Source: Hormoscilla sp. (GTDB lineage: Bacteria > Cyanobacteriota > Cyanobacteriia > Cyanobacteriales > Desertifilaceae). Taken from it: 60,544 nucleotides of DNA. Every line of letters starts with the position of its first letter. Within the stretch, counting starts at the first letter, position 1. The notes beneath the pieces are model-generated. The model did no database searches, was not told the origin of the DNA, and was given only the letters and a program-made list of their open reading frames with translations. The position numbers were made by a program, and so were the translations under genes. Below, piece by piece: positions 7,353 through 16,870 of this stretch. The DNA lies in assembly GCA_051439505.1 (NCBI GenBank), contig JBFRWI010000144.1, positions 1-60,544 of the forward strand, written 5' to 3'.

Positions 7353-10247
7353 ACTATAAGCAATGATAATTTCCACAGTTCCCAACTGACCGTCAATGCG
7401 CAGACGCTGACCATCTTGCAACTTTTGGGTAGCATCATGCACGTCCATAACTGCGGGAATGCCATATTCTCGGGCGACGATCGCGCCATGGGACAAGCGC
7501 CCACCCACTTCCGCAACCAAACCCCCCGCACGGGCCAAAAGGGGCGACCAACCAGCATCAGTATAAGGTACAACTAAAATATGATTGCGATTAATATCTG
7601 GCATCTCTTGCCAACTGCGGATGATTTTCACCTCACCCTCTACCAGTCCGGGACTAGCACCAATACCTCGCAACTGTTGACTAGCAGTTGGGCGGTTCCA
7701 GCTTAAATTAAGGATAGCTGCTGGGGGGGCATTGCCGTAAACTACATAGGGTACAGCAGTCAGCTTCTTATCCTGTTGCCATTGACTTCTTCTGGTCCCA
7801 ATCAACTGCGGTAATTGCTCACTCAACTCACCCTTGTCCGTACCAGCAATCAAACTGCGGATTTCCTCAAACTGGAGGAAAAAGATATCTCCAGACTCCT
7901 GCAATATACCCGATCGCAGCCAGACTTGCTCCAAAGCCACAAAACTCCAGCGCAGTTCGGCTAGCAATTGATTATAAACCTCCGTTACTCTACCTTTAAG
8001 ATTAAGGCGGGCCTGGACCACCTGAGCTTTCAAACCTTGAGCTTGACCGGACTCTATAGGTGCCATGAAAATAGTACCTATCTGCTGCACGAACAGTTGG
8101 CGAACGGGTTTGGGGTCTTCCTGCCATCTGGGAGTAGCAATATCAGTTGCTGCTTCGCTGAGATAACCGTAGCGACTGAGAAATTGCTGAAATTGCTCTA
8201 ACACCGTTTGACCGTCTGGGATCTCAGAAAGGTTGCCAAAGATAGTTTCCGGCGTCAAAGTCTCCAACTCCGGTAGCAGATGACGGGCCGCGATCGCAAT
8301 TTCATGGAGCGATCGGGCAGCAGCCACTTCTGGCATCAGACTATAATCTAGATTGGCATCTGCCACCTTCAGCAGAGCTTGCCTGAGAGCGAAACTTAAA
8401 GGAGCGAGAATGCTATAGTAAGTGGCCCGTTTCAGCGCTAAGAGAATGCCATCTATCCGTGCCAGCAGTTCTTCTGGGTCACTGAGAGATTCTAGGCTAG
8501 TTTCCTGTAACTTCTCTATTGTCGGGGCAAACTCCTGAGAGTAATCCCGTTCAAAGTCCTGTTCTAAATTCCATTCCCGCCTCAGCAGGCGAAGCAACCC
8601 TGGCAATTGTCCGATCGTAGACATCAGGGGGGGTTTGCTAAACTTAGCCCCGCGAGTCAGAAATTCCAGACTCTCTGGGGGCAAACCCATGCGCAGAAAT
8701 ATTTCCCCCAGCAAGGAAGCATTGAAGTAAGCGCGGGAATATTGCAGAGTCGCCGTTTCTTCAAAGTCCAAAACAGCAGCAGCTTTACCCAAGACGATCG
8801 TAAAAATTTCTCCCCAGACGCCGCAAGTTAAAGGACGATTAATCGACCAAGTCAGGGGTCGAATGGATCCGGGGATCACTTCCGCAGCAATCTTGCGGGT
8901 CCAGATCGGCACCATGGTACTAATGGGACGAGATTGCAACACCCATAGCTGCTGGCCATCATAACTCCATTCAATATCCTGGGGAATCCCGTGATATTTA
9001 TTTTCCAACTGACGCGCCAATACCGCCACATCATGAATCAAACTTGATGGCACATCTCCATCAGTTTCCTCTACCTGGGTTGTTTCCCCATCCAACACCA
9101 CAACTCGATATTGTTCTGGCGTCTCCTGTCCGGACACTACCCTAGTGGCGTCTCCTGGTAAAGCTTCAATCACCACCTCATCCCCATGTCGCTTCACCGG
9201 ATCCCGACTAAATGCCACCCCTGAAAACACCCCCCCCACTTGGGTTTGAATCAGTACGGCCATGGATGCTTCTGGCAAATTGCGACTGCGACGATACTCT
9301 ACCGCCGCCGGGCGATCGTATGAATTCAAGCAGCGGACGATCGCCTGCTGCAATTCCCGATTGCTAGTAATATTTAAGAAGCTGGCATACTGACCCGCCG
9401 CCGTGGCCTGCTGTGAATCTTCCCCCACAGCAGTCGATCGCACCACCAGGGGATTTTCTGGGGAAGGTTGCAGAAACTCAATTAGCCCTTCGGGATCGTC
9501 ACCGGGTAGCAGCACCCATCCCCCAGGTACAGCATAGCCCCAGCGCTTCAGTAAAGATAAAGTTGCGGCTTTTTCACCCACAACCCTGGCATCCAGTCGA
9601 TCGGACAAGGAAACTGCCGCCCGATCGCCTCTAAAAAAACGAAACATAGTTCTAGTTTCCCCCTGTTTTTGTGGCACTGGCAAGTCCAAGTCATCGGCAA
9701 TTTGTTGGTAGATCCAGGCTAACAGCAAACTCAGGGCGATCGCTGCCACGCCGACTACCTTTTGTTGCGGGCGCAGCAATATGGTAATCACGGGAAACAG
9801 CACCAATACCACCAAGCGTCCCAGCCTCCGTTCCCGGACAATTGTAAAGCCGATCGTTCCGATCAGAAACACCAAACCTGCTACCTCCGGGTCGTGGGCG
9901 ATCGCCCCCCAGACCACATTAGTAGTGCCAGCACCTTTAGCCATCCCATAGCGGCCCACAACCAGGGCCATCAGGGCCAGCAACTCCCAAGCTGCGGCAT
10001 CAGGAAAGAAGAAACGGGCCAGTAGGACAGCGAAAATCCCTTTAGCCGCCTCAGATAGGACCGCCAGAATGCCTGCGAAGCTGCCGCCGTGGTAAAAAGC
10101 CGCCGAAACCGATACATTACCAGTACCCAGTTGTTTCAGGCTGCGTCCCTTCAGGGCCAATATAATCCAGTCAATTAGAGGTAGCCCTCCCAACAAAGGA
10201 CAGATTGTCAATATGACCAGAGCGCCCCAAACTTGCATTGATATCAT
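7350..10247 (-). CDS. PlsY-like membrane domain fused to PEP-synthase/PPDK-type ATP-grasp and phospho-His swivel domains
   Basis: The N-terminal TM domain has LKQLGTGNVSVSAAF and SEAAKG. VRSTAVGEDS..AAGQY and PQDIEW..LQSRPI mark the ATP-grasp domain. The C-terminus has GGRLSHGAIVAREYGIPAV. Confidence 0.85.
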   Translation of the reverse strand: MISMQVWGALVILTICPLLGGLPLIDWIILALKGRSLKQLGTGNVSVSAAFYHGGSFAGILAVLSEAAKGIFAVLLARFFFPDAAAWELLALMALVVGRYGMAKGAGTTNVVWGAIAHDPEVAGLVFLIGTIGFTIVRERRLGRLVVLVLFPVITILLRPQQKVVGVAAIALSLLLAWIYQQIADDLDLPVPQKQGETRTMFRFFRGDRAAVSLSDRLDARVVGEKAATLSLLKRWGYAVPGGWVLLPGDDPEGLIEFLQPSPENPLVVRSTAVGEDSQQATAAGQYASFLNITSNRELQQAIVRCLNSYDRPAAVEYRRSRNLPEASMAVLIQTQVGGVFSGVAFSRDPVKRHGDEVVIEALPGDATRVVSGQETPEQYRVVVLDGETTQVEETDGDVPSSLIHDVAVLARQLENKYHGIPQDIEWSYDGQQLWVLQSRPISTMVPIWTRKIAAEVIPGSIRPLTWSINRPLTCGVWGEIFTIVLGKAAAVLDFEETATLQYSRAYFNASLLGEIFLRMGLPPESLEFLTRGAKFSKPPLMSTIGQLPGLLRLLRREWNLEQDFERDYSQEFAPTIEKLQETSLESLSDPEELLARIDGILLALKRATYYSILAPLSFALRQALLKVADANLDYSLMPEVAAARSLHEIAIAARHLLPELETLTPETIFGNLSEIPDGQTVLEQFQQFLSRYGYLSEAATDIATPRWQEDPKPVRQLFVQQIGTIFMAPIESGQAQGLKAQVVQARLNLKGRVTEVYNQLLAELRWSFVALEQVWLRSGILQESGDIFFLQFEEIRSLIAGTDKGELSEQLPQLIGTRRSQWQQDKKLTAVPYVVYGNAPPAAILNLSWNRPTASQQLRGIGASPGLVEGEVKIIRSWQEMPDINRNHILVVPYTDAGWSPLLARAGGLVAEVGGRLSHGAIVAREYGIPAVMDVHDATQKLQDGQRLRIDGQLGTVEIIIAYS

Positions 10248-10427
10248 GGATCGAAGTTAACTTAATTTCCTCGACTCGCGGAGCTAAAGCTTCCCAGTCC
10301 CGGGTACCATCACCGGTCTGTGTTTTCTCGGGACACAGCAGCTTTAGCCATTCGGCACCGTCCTCAAACTTTATAATTCTATTTTATTTTGACCGTTTGT
10401 TTGACCGAGCCTGCTCTCTCTAGGGCC

Positions 10428-10460
10428 AAAAAAAAGCACTCCCTTTTCAGAGAGTGCTTT
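10428..10460 (-). terminator. psbA rho-independent terminator
   Basis: Minus strand AAAGCACTCTCTGAAAAGGGAGTGCTTTTTTTT, about 60 bp after the psbA stop. Confidence 0.8.
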
Positions 10461-10519
10461 TGAGTTGGACGTTACATTAACTTCTGCATGAATGCAACGC
10501 CTCTAGGGGGGTGAAAACT

Positions 10520-11602
10520 TTAACCATTGATAGCGGGAGCGGTCAAAGCAACGGGAGCCGCTTCACCGGAGGCTAAATCTAAGGGGAAGTTATGAGCATT
10601 ACGCTCGTGCATTACTTCCATACCCAGGTTAGCACGGTTCAGCACATCTGCCCAAGTACCGATCACGCGACCTTGAGAGTCAATGATGGACTGGTTGAAG
10701 TTGAAACCGTTCAGGTTGAAAGCCATCGTGCTCACGCCCAGGGCGGTGAACCAGATGCCGATCACCGGCCATGCACCCAAGAAGAAGTGCAAGGAACGGC
10801 TGTTGTTGAATGAAGCATATTGGAAGATCAAACGACCGAAGTAGCCATGAGCTGCCACGATGTTGTAGGTTTCTTCTTCTTGACCGAACTTGTAACCGTA
10901 GTTTTGTGATTCTACTTCGGTTGTTTCACGCACCAAGGAAGAAGTTACCAGAGAACCATGCATCGCGCAGAACAGGGAACCACCGAAGACACCTGCAACA
11001 CCCAACATATGGAAGGGGTGCATGAGGATGTTGTGCTCAGCTTGGAACACCAACATGAAGTTGAATGTACCAGAGATCCCCAAGGGCATACCATCAGAGA
11101 AGGAACCTTGCCCGATCGGGTATATCAGGAAAACTGCTGTTGCGGCGCTTACTGGTGCGCTATATGCAACACAGATCCAAGGACGCATACCCAAGCGGTA
11201 GCTCAACTCCCACTGACGACCCATGTAGCAGCAAATGCCAATGAAGAAGTGGAAGATGATCAGTTGGTAAGGACCACCGTTGTACAGCCACTCATCCAAA
11301 GAAGCAGCTTCCCAAATGGGGTAGAAGTGAAGACCGATCGCATTTGAGCTAGGAACAACCGCACCAGAGATGATGTTGTTACCGTACAGCAGAGAACCGG
11401 CGACGGGTTCCCGGATACCATCAATGTCCACAGGAGGAGCAGCGATGAAAGCGATGATGTAGCAGGTGGTTGCGGTCAGCAGGGTTGGGATCATCAGAAC
11501 ACCAAACCAGCCCACATACAGGCGGTTATCGGTGCTGGTCACCCAGTCGCAGAACCGTTCCCAAACGTTAGCGTTTTCACGCTGTTGTAAGGTCGTAGTC
11601 AT
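10520..11602 (-). CDS. psbA: Photosystem II D1 protein, standard form with Q130 (D1:1-type)
   Basis: Canonical 360-aa D1 with YMGRQWELS (Q130). The Mn-cluster ligands D170, E189, H332, E333, D342 and A344 are retained. Confidence 0.99.
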   Translation of the reverse strand: MTTTLQQRENANVWERFCDWVTSTDNRLYVGWFGVLMIPTLLTATTCYIIAFIAAPPVDIDGIREPVAGSLLYGNNIISGAVVPSSNAIGLHFYPIWEAASLDEWLYNGGPYQLIIFHFFIGICCYMGRQWELSYRLGMRPWICVAYSAPVSAATAVFLIYPIGQGSFSDGMPLGISGTFNFMLVFQAEHNILMHPFHMLGVAGVFGGSLFCAMHGSLVTSSLVRETTEVESQNYGYKFGQEEETYNIVAAHGYFGRLIFQYASFNNSRSLHFFLGAWPVIGIWFTALGVSTMAFNLNGFNFNQSIIDSQGRVIGTWADVLNRANLGMEVMHERNAHNFPLDLASGEAAPVALTAPAING

Positions 11603-11666
11603 GTTAAGTATGATTGCTATTTATTTTTCGAGGTACGTCGGTAGGTTGTTTCCCCCACCTGAATAC

Positions 11667-11696
11667 AGCATAGCTAACAATGTTTAGTTTTGTAAA
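11667..11696 (-). promoter_or_regulatory. psbA promoter
   Basis: Minus strand TTTACA-N18-TATGCT, the usual psbA promoter architecture. Confidence 0.65.
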
Positions 11697-11788
11697 CCCC
11701 TGTTAAGTTTTTTGTACTTATACCTCATATAAGCAGAGCTTATGAGAACGGATCGGCCTCACCACCAGTACCCAAGCCAACAGCAAAA

Positions 11789-12751
11789 ATGTTAAAAATT
11801 GTAACTTACAGCCCCTTCTATACTCTGGTGCCGACCTATGAATGCTTTAACCGGTGTGCCTACTGCAATTTTAGAACCGATCCTGGCCAAAGTCCTTGGA
11901 TGACACCGGCGGATGCTAAAGCGCAACTCCAGCATTTTCAGGGACAGGCGATCGAGATTTTGGTCCTCAGCGGTGAGGTACATCCGGCTAGTAGGCGCAG
12001 ACCAGACTGGTTCCAGCGCATCTACGATATCTGTGAGTTGGCATTGTCTATGGGATTTTTGCCCCACAGTAATGCCGGTCCCCTCAGTTTGCCGGAGATG
12101 GCCAGATTAAAAGAGGTAAATGTCTCCATGGGGTTGATGTTGGAGCAAATGCCTGACCATCTGCCGGTTCACAAACAGGCCCCGAGTAAAGTCCCTGGGG
12201 TGAGACTGCAACAACTGGAGTGGGCGGGAAAATTGCACATTCCCTTCACCACTGGGCTATTATTGGGAATTGGAGAGTCTCAAGCCGATCGGCGAGAAAC
12301 TTTGCAGGCGATCGCCCAAATACATAACCGGTGGGGACACATACAAGAAGTCATTCTGCAACCTTATAGTCCAGGAGAACGGCAGAGTTGGGAGGCCCCG
12401 GGTTTCGATCTCCAGCAACTGCCGGAGGTAATTGCCACAGCCCGTCGCCTGCTACCACCGGAGATAACCTTGCAAATTCCTCCCAACCTGGTACTCAATA
12501 CGCCCAGTCTGTTAAGGGATTGTATAGAAGCCGGTGCCAGAGATTTGGGCGGCATCGGACCCAAAGATGAGGTTAATCCCGATTATCCCCATCTATACTA
12601 CCGGTCACTGGTAGAGATTTTAGCTCCAGGAGGCTGGAAATTGCTGCCCCGGTTACCGGTTTATCCTCAGTACGATGGTTGGTTGAGTACCCGACTGCAA
12701 AATTTAGTCAAAAAATGGCGATCGGATTTGGCAATTAGGATGAGAATGTGA
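11789..12751 (+). CDS. cofG: FO synthase subunit CofG (radical SAM)
   Basis: VTYSPFYTLVPTYECFNRCAYCNFR (CxxxCxxC), LPHSNAG, SMGLMLE, FTTGLLLGIGE and DEVNPDYPH motifs. Confidence 0.92.
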   Translation: MLKIVTYSPFYTLVPTYECFNRCAYCNFRTDPGQSPWMTPADAKAQLQHFQGQAIEILVLSGEVHPASRRRPDWFQRIYDICELALSMGFLPHSNAGPLSLPEMARLKEVNVSMGLMLEQMPDHLPVHKQAPSKVPGVRLQQLEWAGKLHIPFTTGLLLGIGESQADRRETLQAIAQIHNRWGHIQEVILQPYSPGERQSWEAPGFDLQQLPEVIATARRLLPPEITLQIPPNLVLNTPSLLRDCIEAGARDLGGIGPKDEVNPDYPHLYYRSLVEILAPGGWKLLPRLPVYPQYDGWLSTRLQNLVKKWRSDLAIRMRM

Positions 12752-12773
12752 TATAGTCTAATACATAGGTGAT

Positions 12774-12845
12774 GGCGACATAGCCAAGCGGTAAGGCAGA
12801 GGTCTGCAAAACCTCCATTCCCCGGTTCAAATCCGGGTGTCGCCT
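12774..12845 (+). tRNA. trnC: tRNA-Cys (GCA), CCA not encoded
   Basis: Acceptor stem GGCGACA/TGTCGCC, D-loop AGCGGTAA, anticodon arm GAGGT-CTGCAAA-ACCTC, T-loop GGTTCAAATCC. Confidence 0.97.
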
Positions 12846-12869
12846 TGATTGAGATTGTGAGACCATAGT

Positions 12870-12937
12870 AAGGGATCCCCCCCCAGCCCCCAAGGGGGGA
12901 GAGGGATCCCCCCCCAGCCCCCCTTCTTAAGGGGGGA
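12870..12937. repeat. C-rich/G-rich palindromic dispersed repeat (CCCCCC..AAGGGGGG type), two units
   Basis: GGGATCCCCCCCCAGCCCCC..AAGGGGGGAG occurs twice. Related elements lie at ~40330-40370 and 40430-40465. Confidence 0.65.
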
Positions 12938-12966
12938 GCAACCGGCTTTGCCGGTTCAAATCCGGG

Positions 12967-13049
12967 TATTGCTCGCAGTCTGCGAGGTTATTGCTCGCAA
13001 GCTGCGAGGTTATTGCTCGCAAGCTGCGAGGTTATTGCTCGCAGTCTGC
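12967..13049 (+). repeat. 22-bp tandem repeat, ~3.8 units, each with an internal palindrome
   Basis: Unit TATTGCTCGCA(GT/AG)CTGCGAGGT containing the hairpin CTCGCA-N3-TGCGAG. Confidence 0.85.
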
Positions 13050-13196
13050 CTGGTCATGACATATTGGCTGGCTCTAACCGTTCATTGTCAGCTGTCGAGC
13101 CTTGACTTGGCTATGGCCGAAACGCGCTCAACCCTTGTTCTCAATGGCTTTCGGAATGCAAGAATTTAGCAATGAGAGAATAAAAAATTTGCTTAT

Positions 13197-13853
13197 ATGT
13201 ATGACTCGCTAGCAACCGATCGCACTCCTAGCTTGATTTCACCGGATGTTTTGCCTTACCAATCCAGGACAACCGGTCCCCTGAAGCTGGGAGTGCTGGC
13301 TTCTGGTAATGGTAGTAATTTTGAGGCCCTGATTGAGGCGATCGCGTCGGGGCAACTGCATGGCCAAGTGCAAGTGGTGATTTACAATAATCCGGGAGCG
13401 AAGGTGGCCGCCCGGGCCGAACGCTGGGGGGTGCCTGCTATTCTGCTGAACCACCGGGAATACGATCGCCGCGAGTATTTAGATGCTGCCATTGTGGAAG
13501 TTTTCCAGAGATATGAGGTGGAATGGGTGGTGATGGCTGGGTGGATGCGCATTGTGACACCGGTACTGCTGGATGCTTTTCCCAACCGGGCGATCAATAT
13601 TCATCCCAGTTTGTTACCGAGTTTCCCTGGGGTGCGGGCTATTGAACAAGCCCTGGCTGCCGGCGTGAAAATTACTGGCTGTACGGTGCATTTGGTGGTT
13701 CCAGAGGTGGACGCGGGACCGATCTTGATGCAAGCTGCTGTGCCAGTTATGCCTGATGATACCCCGGAATCTCTACATGAACGGGTTCAGGTCATGGAAC
13801 ATATGATCCTGCCTCGCGCGATCGCCCTAGCAGCGTCGAGAAGATCTAGTTAA
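13197..13853 (+). CDS. purN: Phosphoribosylglycinamide formyltransferase
   Basis: LASGNGSNFEAL, MAGWMRI, INIHPSLLPSFPG, GCTVHLV and DAGPIL motifs. Confidence 0.97.
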   Translation: MYDSLATDRTPSLISPDVLPYQSRTTGPLKLGVLASGNGSNFEALIEAIASGQLHGQVQVVIYNNPGAKVAARAERWGVPAILLNHREYDRREYLDAAIVEVFQRYEVEWVVMAGWMRIVTPVLLDAFPNRAINIHPSLLPSFPGVRAIEQALAAGVKITGCTVHLVVPEVDAGPILMQAAVPVMPDDTPESLHERVQVMEHMILPRAIALAASRRSS

Positions 13854-14325
13854 CCCGGTGAGGAAATCATAATTGATGAAAGCCTACAGTTAACGATCTC
13901 GGGACGATCTCGACGATCGGAATTAGAGGAGATCGTCATCTGGTTGGCGAAGATAATGAGGTTGAAAAATTAGAAATGATGCGATGTGGTAATTGCTCTT
14001 GACAAATAAGAAATTAACTGCTATTGCGGGCGCTGAAGATGTGGGAAACAAAGTTCAGCGGCCCGGTTGTCATATGGTTTGGTAGGAGAAAAAGGCGATC
14101 GACGGAAGATATTTGCGTGTTTTTACAGAAAAAAGATTATGGCAAAACTATCCGGATAAAAAAAGCTCGGGGAAGGAAAGGCTAACTAGACAAGCAGAAA
14201 AAATTAACCCCCTGAGGAATTAAAATAGATACAGTCGAGAAGTTTTGATACTTGAGAAAGCTCAAAAAGCGGTTCAGATGGACTCTGGTTAGTTTATACT
14301 AAAACAATCAAGCAAGAGAAGTGAT

Positions 14326-15012
14326 ATGGCATCAACGATAGGTATACAAGGCACTCCATTACAAGTAAAAACCCGCGTCCTGCTGACATTGTGGGACATG
14401 GAACCCAATGGGGAGAAAGTGAAGAAAAGTGAACTGATTCAGAAAAGTAAGCGGAGTAGGGAGAAGGCTGGAGACTATAAGGGCATTTTACAAGAATTAC
14501 TCGAAGCTGGGGCGATCGCGCTCGTCACGGAAAAGCGCGTGGCGAAGGTGTCCCTGACAGAGAAAGGTAAGCAAATTCTCGGGGAAGGTCTGAAAAACCC
14601 GGAGTTTTGCTTTGAGGGCAATCAAGTTGGCTCAAAGGTGGTGAATGCGGTGCTGAACTGGTATCGCCAGTCCGATGTTAGTGCAGTAACTGCGCCAGTG
14701 ACAGAGAAATTGGAGGCCAAAGAGGGGGCGATCGCCTCTTTTGAAGACTTCAAGTCGAAAGTCCTGGCCCTGTTTGAGAAGCTGGACAAAGGTTACAACT
14801 ACAGCGGACTTGTCCCCATTTGGCATCTGCGTCGGGAACTAGGAGAGGGCGTCGGTCGCGAGGAATTTAACGAATGGATGATGGAAATGCAGGCGCAGAA
14901 GTTGTTCTATCTGCAAAGCGGCGAGGCCCGTGGAGCTACTGATGACCAGAAGCAAGATGCAATTACCAGTGAAGTCCGAGGACTTTTGTTTTACGCTAGC
15001 CAACCATCTTGA
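14326..15012 (+). CDS. Two-domain probable winged-helix protein, gene 1 of a 3-gene operon
   Basis: N-terminal MarR/PadR-like pattern (LQELLEAGAI...VSLTEKGKQIL) and a C-terminal helical domain (LVPIWHLRRELG...EFNEWMMEMQ). Confidence 0.65.
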   Translation: MASTIGIQGTPLQVKTRVLLTLWDMEPNGEKVKKSELIQKSKRSREKAGDYKGILQELLEAGAIALVTEKRVAKVSLTEKGKQILGEGLKNPEFCFEGNQVGSKVVNAVLNWYRQSDVSAVTAPVTEKLEAKEGAIASFEDFKSKVLALFEKLDKGYNYSGLVPIWHLRRELGEGVGREEFNEWMMEMQAQKLFYLQSGEARGATDDQKQDAITSEVRGLLFYASQPS

Positions 15013-15028
15013 ACTACGGAGAAAAAAC

Positions 15029-16870
15029 ATGAGCGATCTCTATAAGCTGTTTGCCGAGGCCCGTCAGGAAGGACCAAATCCTTTTCGACTGGAAACGGTG
15101 ATCTCCGATCGAGAGATTTGGGGTGATGTGTTGACTGACCTTCCCAACCTGAATCGGGATATTGATGACAAAATATATCAGGCAATTTCTGAGCTGCGCC
15201 AACAAGATTCCGGCAAGATTGGTATTGCCATCGAGGGCGATCGCGGAACGGGGAAAAGCCATGCCATCCATCGGATCTGGAAAAATATTGAAGGGGAAGG
15301 GGGGGCAGTATTTGCCTACATCCCTCCCTATACAAATCCCCGTATGATTAACTCTCATGTCCGGTTCTATCTGTGCGAGAGTTTCAAGCATCAAGACCGA
15401 CAGGGTGCCAGTCAATGGCAGAAGCTGTCTGCGGCAGTCATCGCTACGTTAAAAGGCACGGAATTTGAACAGGAGTATCAAGAATATTTGGAACTGGTCG
15501 ATCGGCCAGAAAATCTCAGAAAATATATTAAGAAAACGATCGGCAAAGGCAAAGATGATTTGCTCGATTGGATGATGGATCTGGTTGACTGTATTGTCGA
15601 AATTAAGCCGGAACTGGATCCTGATTTTGTCAAGGCAGTCTTGTTCTTGCTGTTCAAGAACGATCGCTACGCTCAGGCGGCGTTAGCATGGATTAAAGGA
15701 GAAGATCACCCCAAGATTAAAGATTTACTGGGTTTGCCTGAATATTCAATGGAGGTACAAGATGAAAGGTCTATCTGGATGATGGAGCAGATCTGCAAAG
15801 TTGCTGAAGTTGCTTCTTTACCTGTGCTGATTTGCTTTGACCAGTTAGATAGTGCTGAACCAGATCCTGAGACTGGTGATAGTCCCGCACAAACAGTGGC
15901 TAGGTGTATCGATCGCATCTATTTGCAGTGCAGCAATTTGATTGTTCTGTGTTGCGTCATCAGCGATACCTGGAGGGAAATTAAGCAAATGGGAAGTGGC
16001 ATCCCCGATCGGGTGGGTCAAAGGTCGGTAATGGCCAAACCTCCGACAGACGAACAGATGATAGAGATTGTCCAAAGCAGGTTGAATTGGTTTTACCGAA
16101 AGCACAATCTTCAGGCGGAAGACTATCCGGATTTATATCCTTTAGAGTCAAGTAAAATTAGGAATATTGCCCGGGAAAATGCCAGCGTTCGTTCTCTGCT
16201 GGAAACCTGCGCCCAAATATTTGAGGCCGTGGAAGTCGATAAGCAAAGCTTAGTCGGAAATGAAGGAGACAATATCCAGAAAAAATTCATGGATATTTAT
16301 CATGACATCCTCCAGCGAGTTGATGATACCATGAAGGATGATTACCATCTGGCTGATGACAATCTAGCAGCAATTATCGCTCAAAACATCAGAATGCTTC
16401 CTGAAGGAGGAACGGCATTTGTGGTTGTTAATCAAGTTGAAGAGGTTAAGAGTTCATCCCACGATATCCAGTGTACTATATCTGGGTACGATCAATTTCG
16501 CGAACAGCAAGTGAAAATTGGGGTAAAAGTTTGTGAAACTGAAAATGGAAACAGCTTTAATGCAGTGATGAAGCGACTGCTGAACTACGAAAAACATCAG
16601 ATAACCCGTAATTGTTTATTGCGTCATCATGAAGTGCCGAAAAAATGGAAGAAAGGTAAACAGCTTGAGCAGGAACTGGTGGCGGAAAAAGGCGGAAAAG
16701 TGGTTATTTGGAAACGAGAAGAAATCTTGCCTTTAGTTGCGCTCAAGAGAATCTACGATGAAGCAGAGGAATATGGCTTTGCTAAAGAGGAGGTAAGCAA
16801 TCTCGTCAAGGAGTTAAAATTAGAGGTTGACAATCAATTAATTCATCAGATTCTCAGGGATGTAAAATGA
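15029..16870 (+). CDS. P-loop (AAA/STAND-like) ATPase, gene 2 of the operon
   Basis: Walker A GDRGTGKS and Walker B LICFDQLD. Start moved to ATG 15029, which has a GGAG RBS and lies 16 bp after the upstream stop. The stop overlaps the next start (ATGA). Confidence 0.8.
   Translation: MSDLYKLFAEARQEGPNPFRLETVISDREIWGDVLTDLPNLNRDIDDKIYQAISELRQQDSGKIGIAIEGDRGTGKSHAIHRIWKNIEGEGGAVFAYIPPYTNPRMINSHVRFYLCESFKHQDRQGASQWQKLSAAVIATLKGTEFEQEYQEYLELVDRPENLRKYIKKTIGKGKDDLLDWMMDLVDCIVEIKPELDPDFVKAVLFLLFKNDRYAQAALAWIKGEDHPKIKDLLGLPEYSMEVQDERSIWMMEQICKVAEVASLPVLICFDQLDSAEPDPETGDSPAQTVARCIDRIYLQCSNLIVLCCVISDTWREIKQMGSGIPDRVGQRSVMAKPPTDEQMIEIVQSRLNWFYRKHNLQAEDYPDLYPLESSKIRNIARENASVRSLLETCAQIFEAVEVDKQSLVGNEGDNIQKKFMDIYHDILQRVDDTMKDDYHLADDNLAAIIAQNIRMLPEGGTAFVVVNQVEEVKSSSHDIQCTISGYDQFREQQVKIGVKVCETENGNSFNAVMKRLLNYEKHQITRNCLLRHHEVPKKWKKGKQLEQELVAEKGGKVVIWKREEILPLVALKRIYDEAEEYGFAKEEVSNLVKELKLEVDNQLIHQILRDVK

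Noticed and set aside
10520..11602. Atypical D1 (rogue, chlorophyll f synthase or microaerobic form)
   Set aside because: All Mn4CaO5 ligands and the normal C-terminus are present; it is an ordinary Q130 D1.
12948..13169. 73-aa ORF after tRNA-Cys
   Set aside because: It is made largely of the duplicated tRNA arm and the 22-bp repeat.
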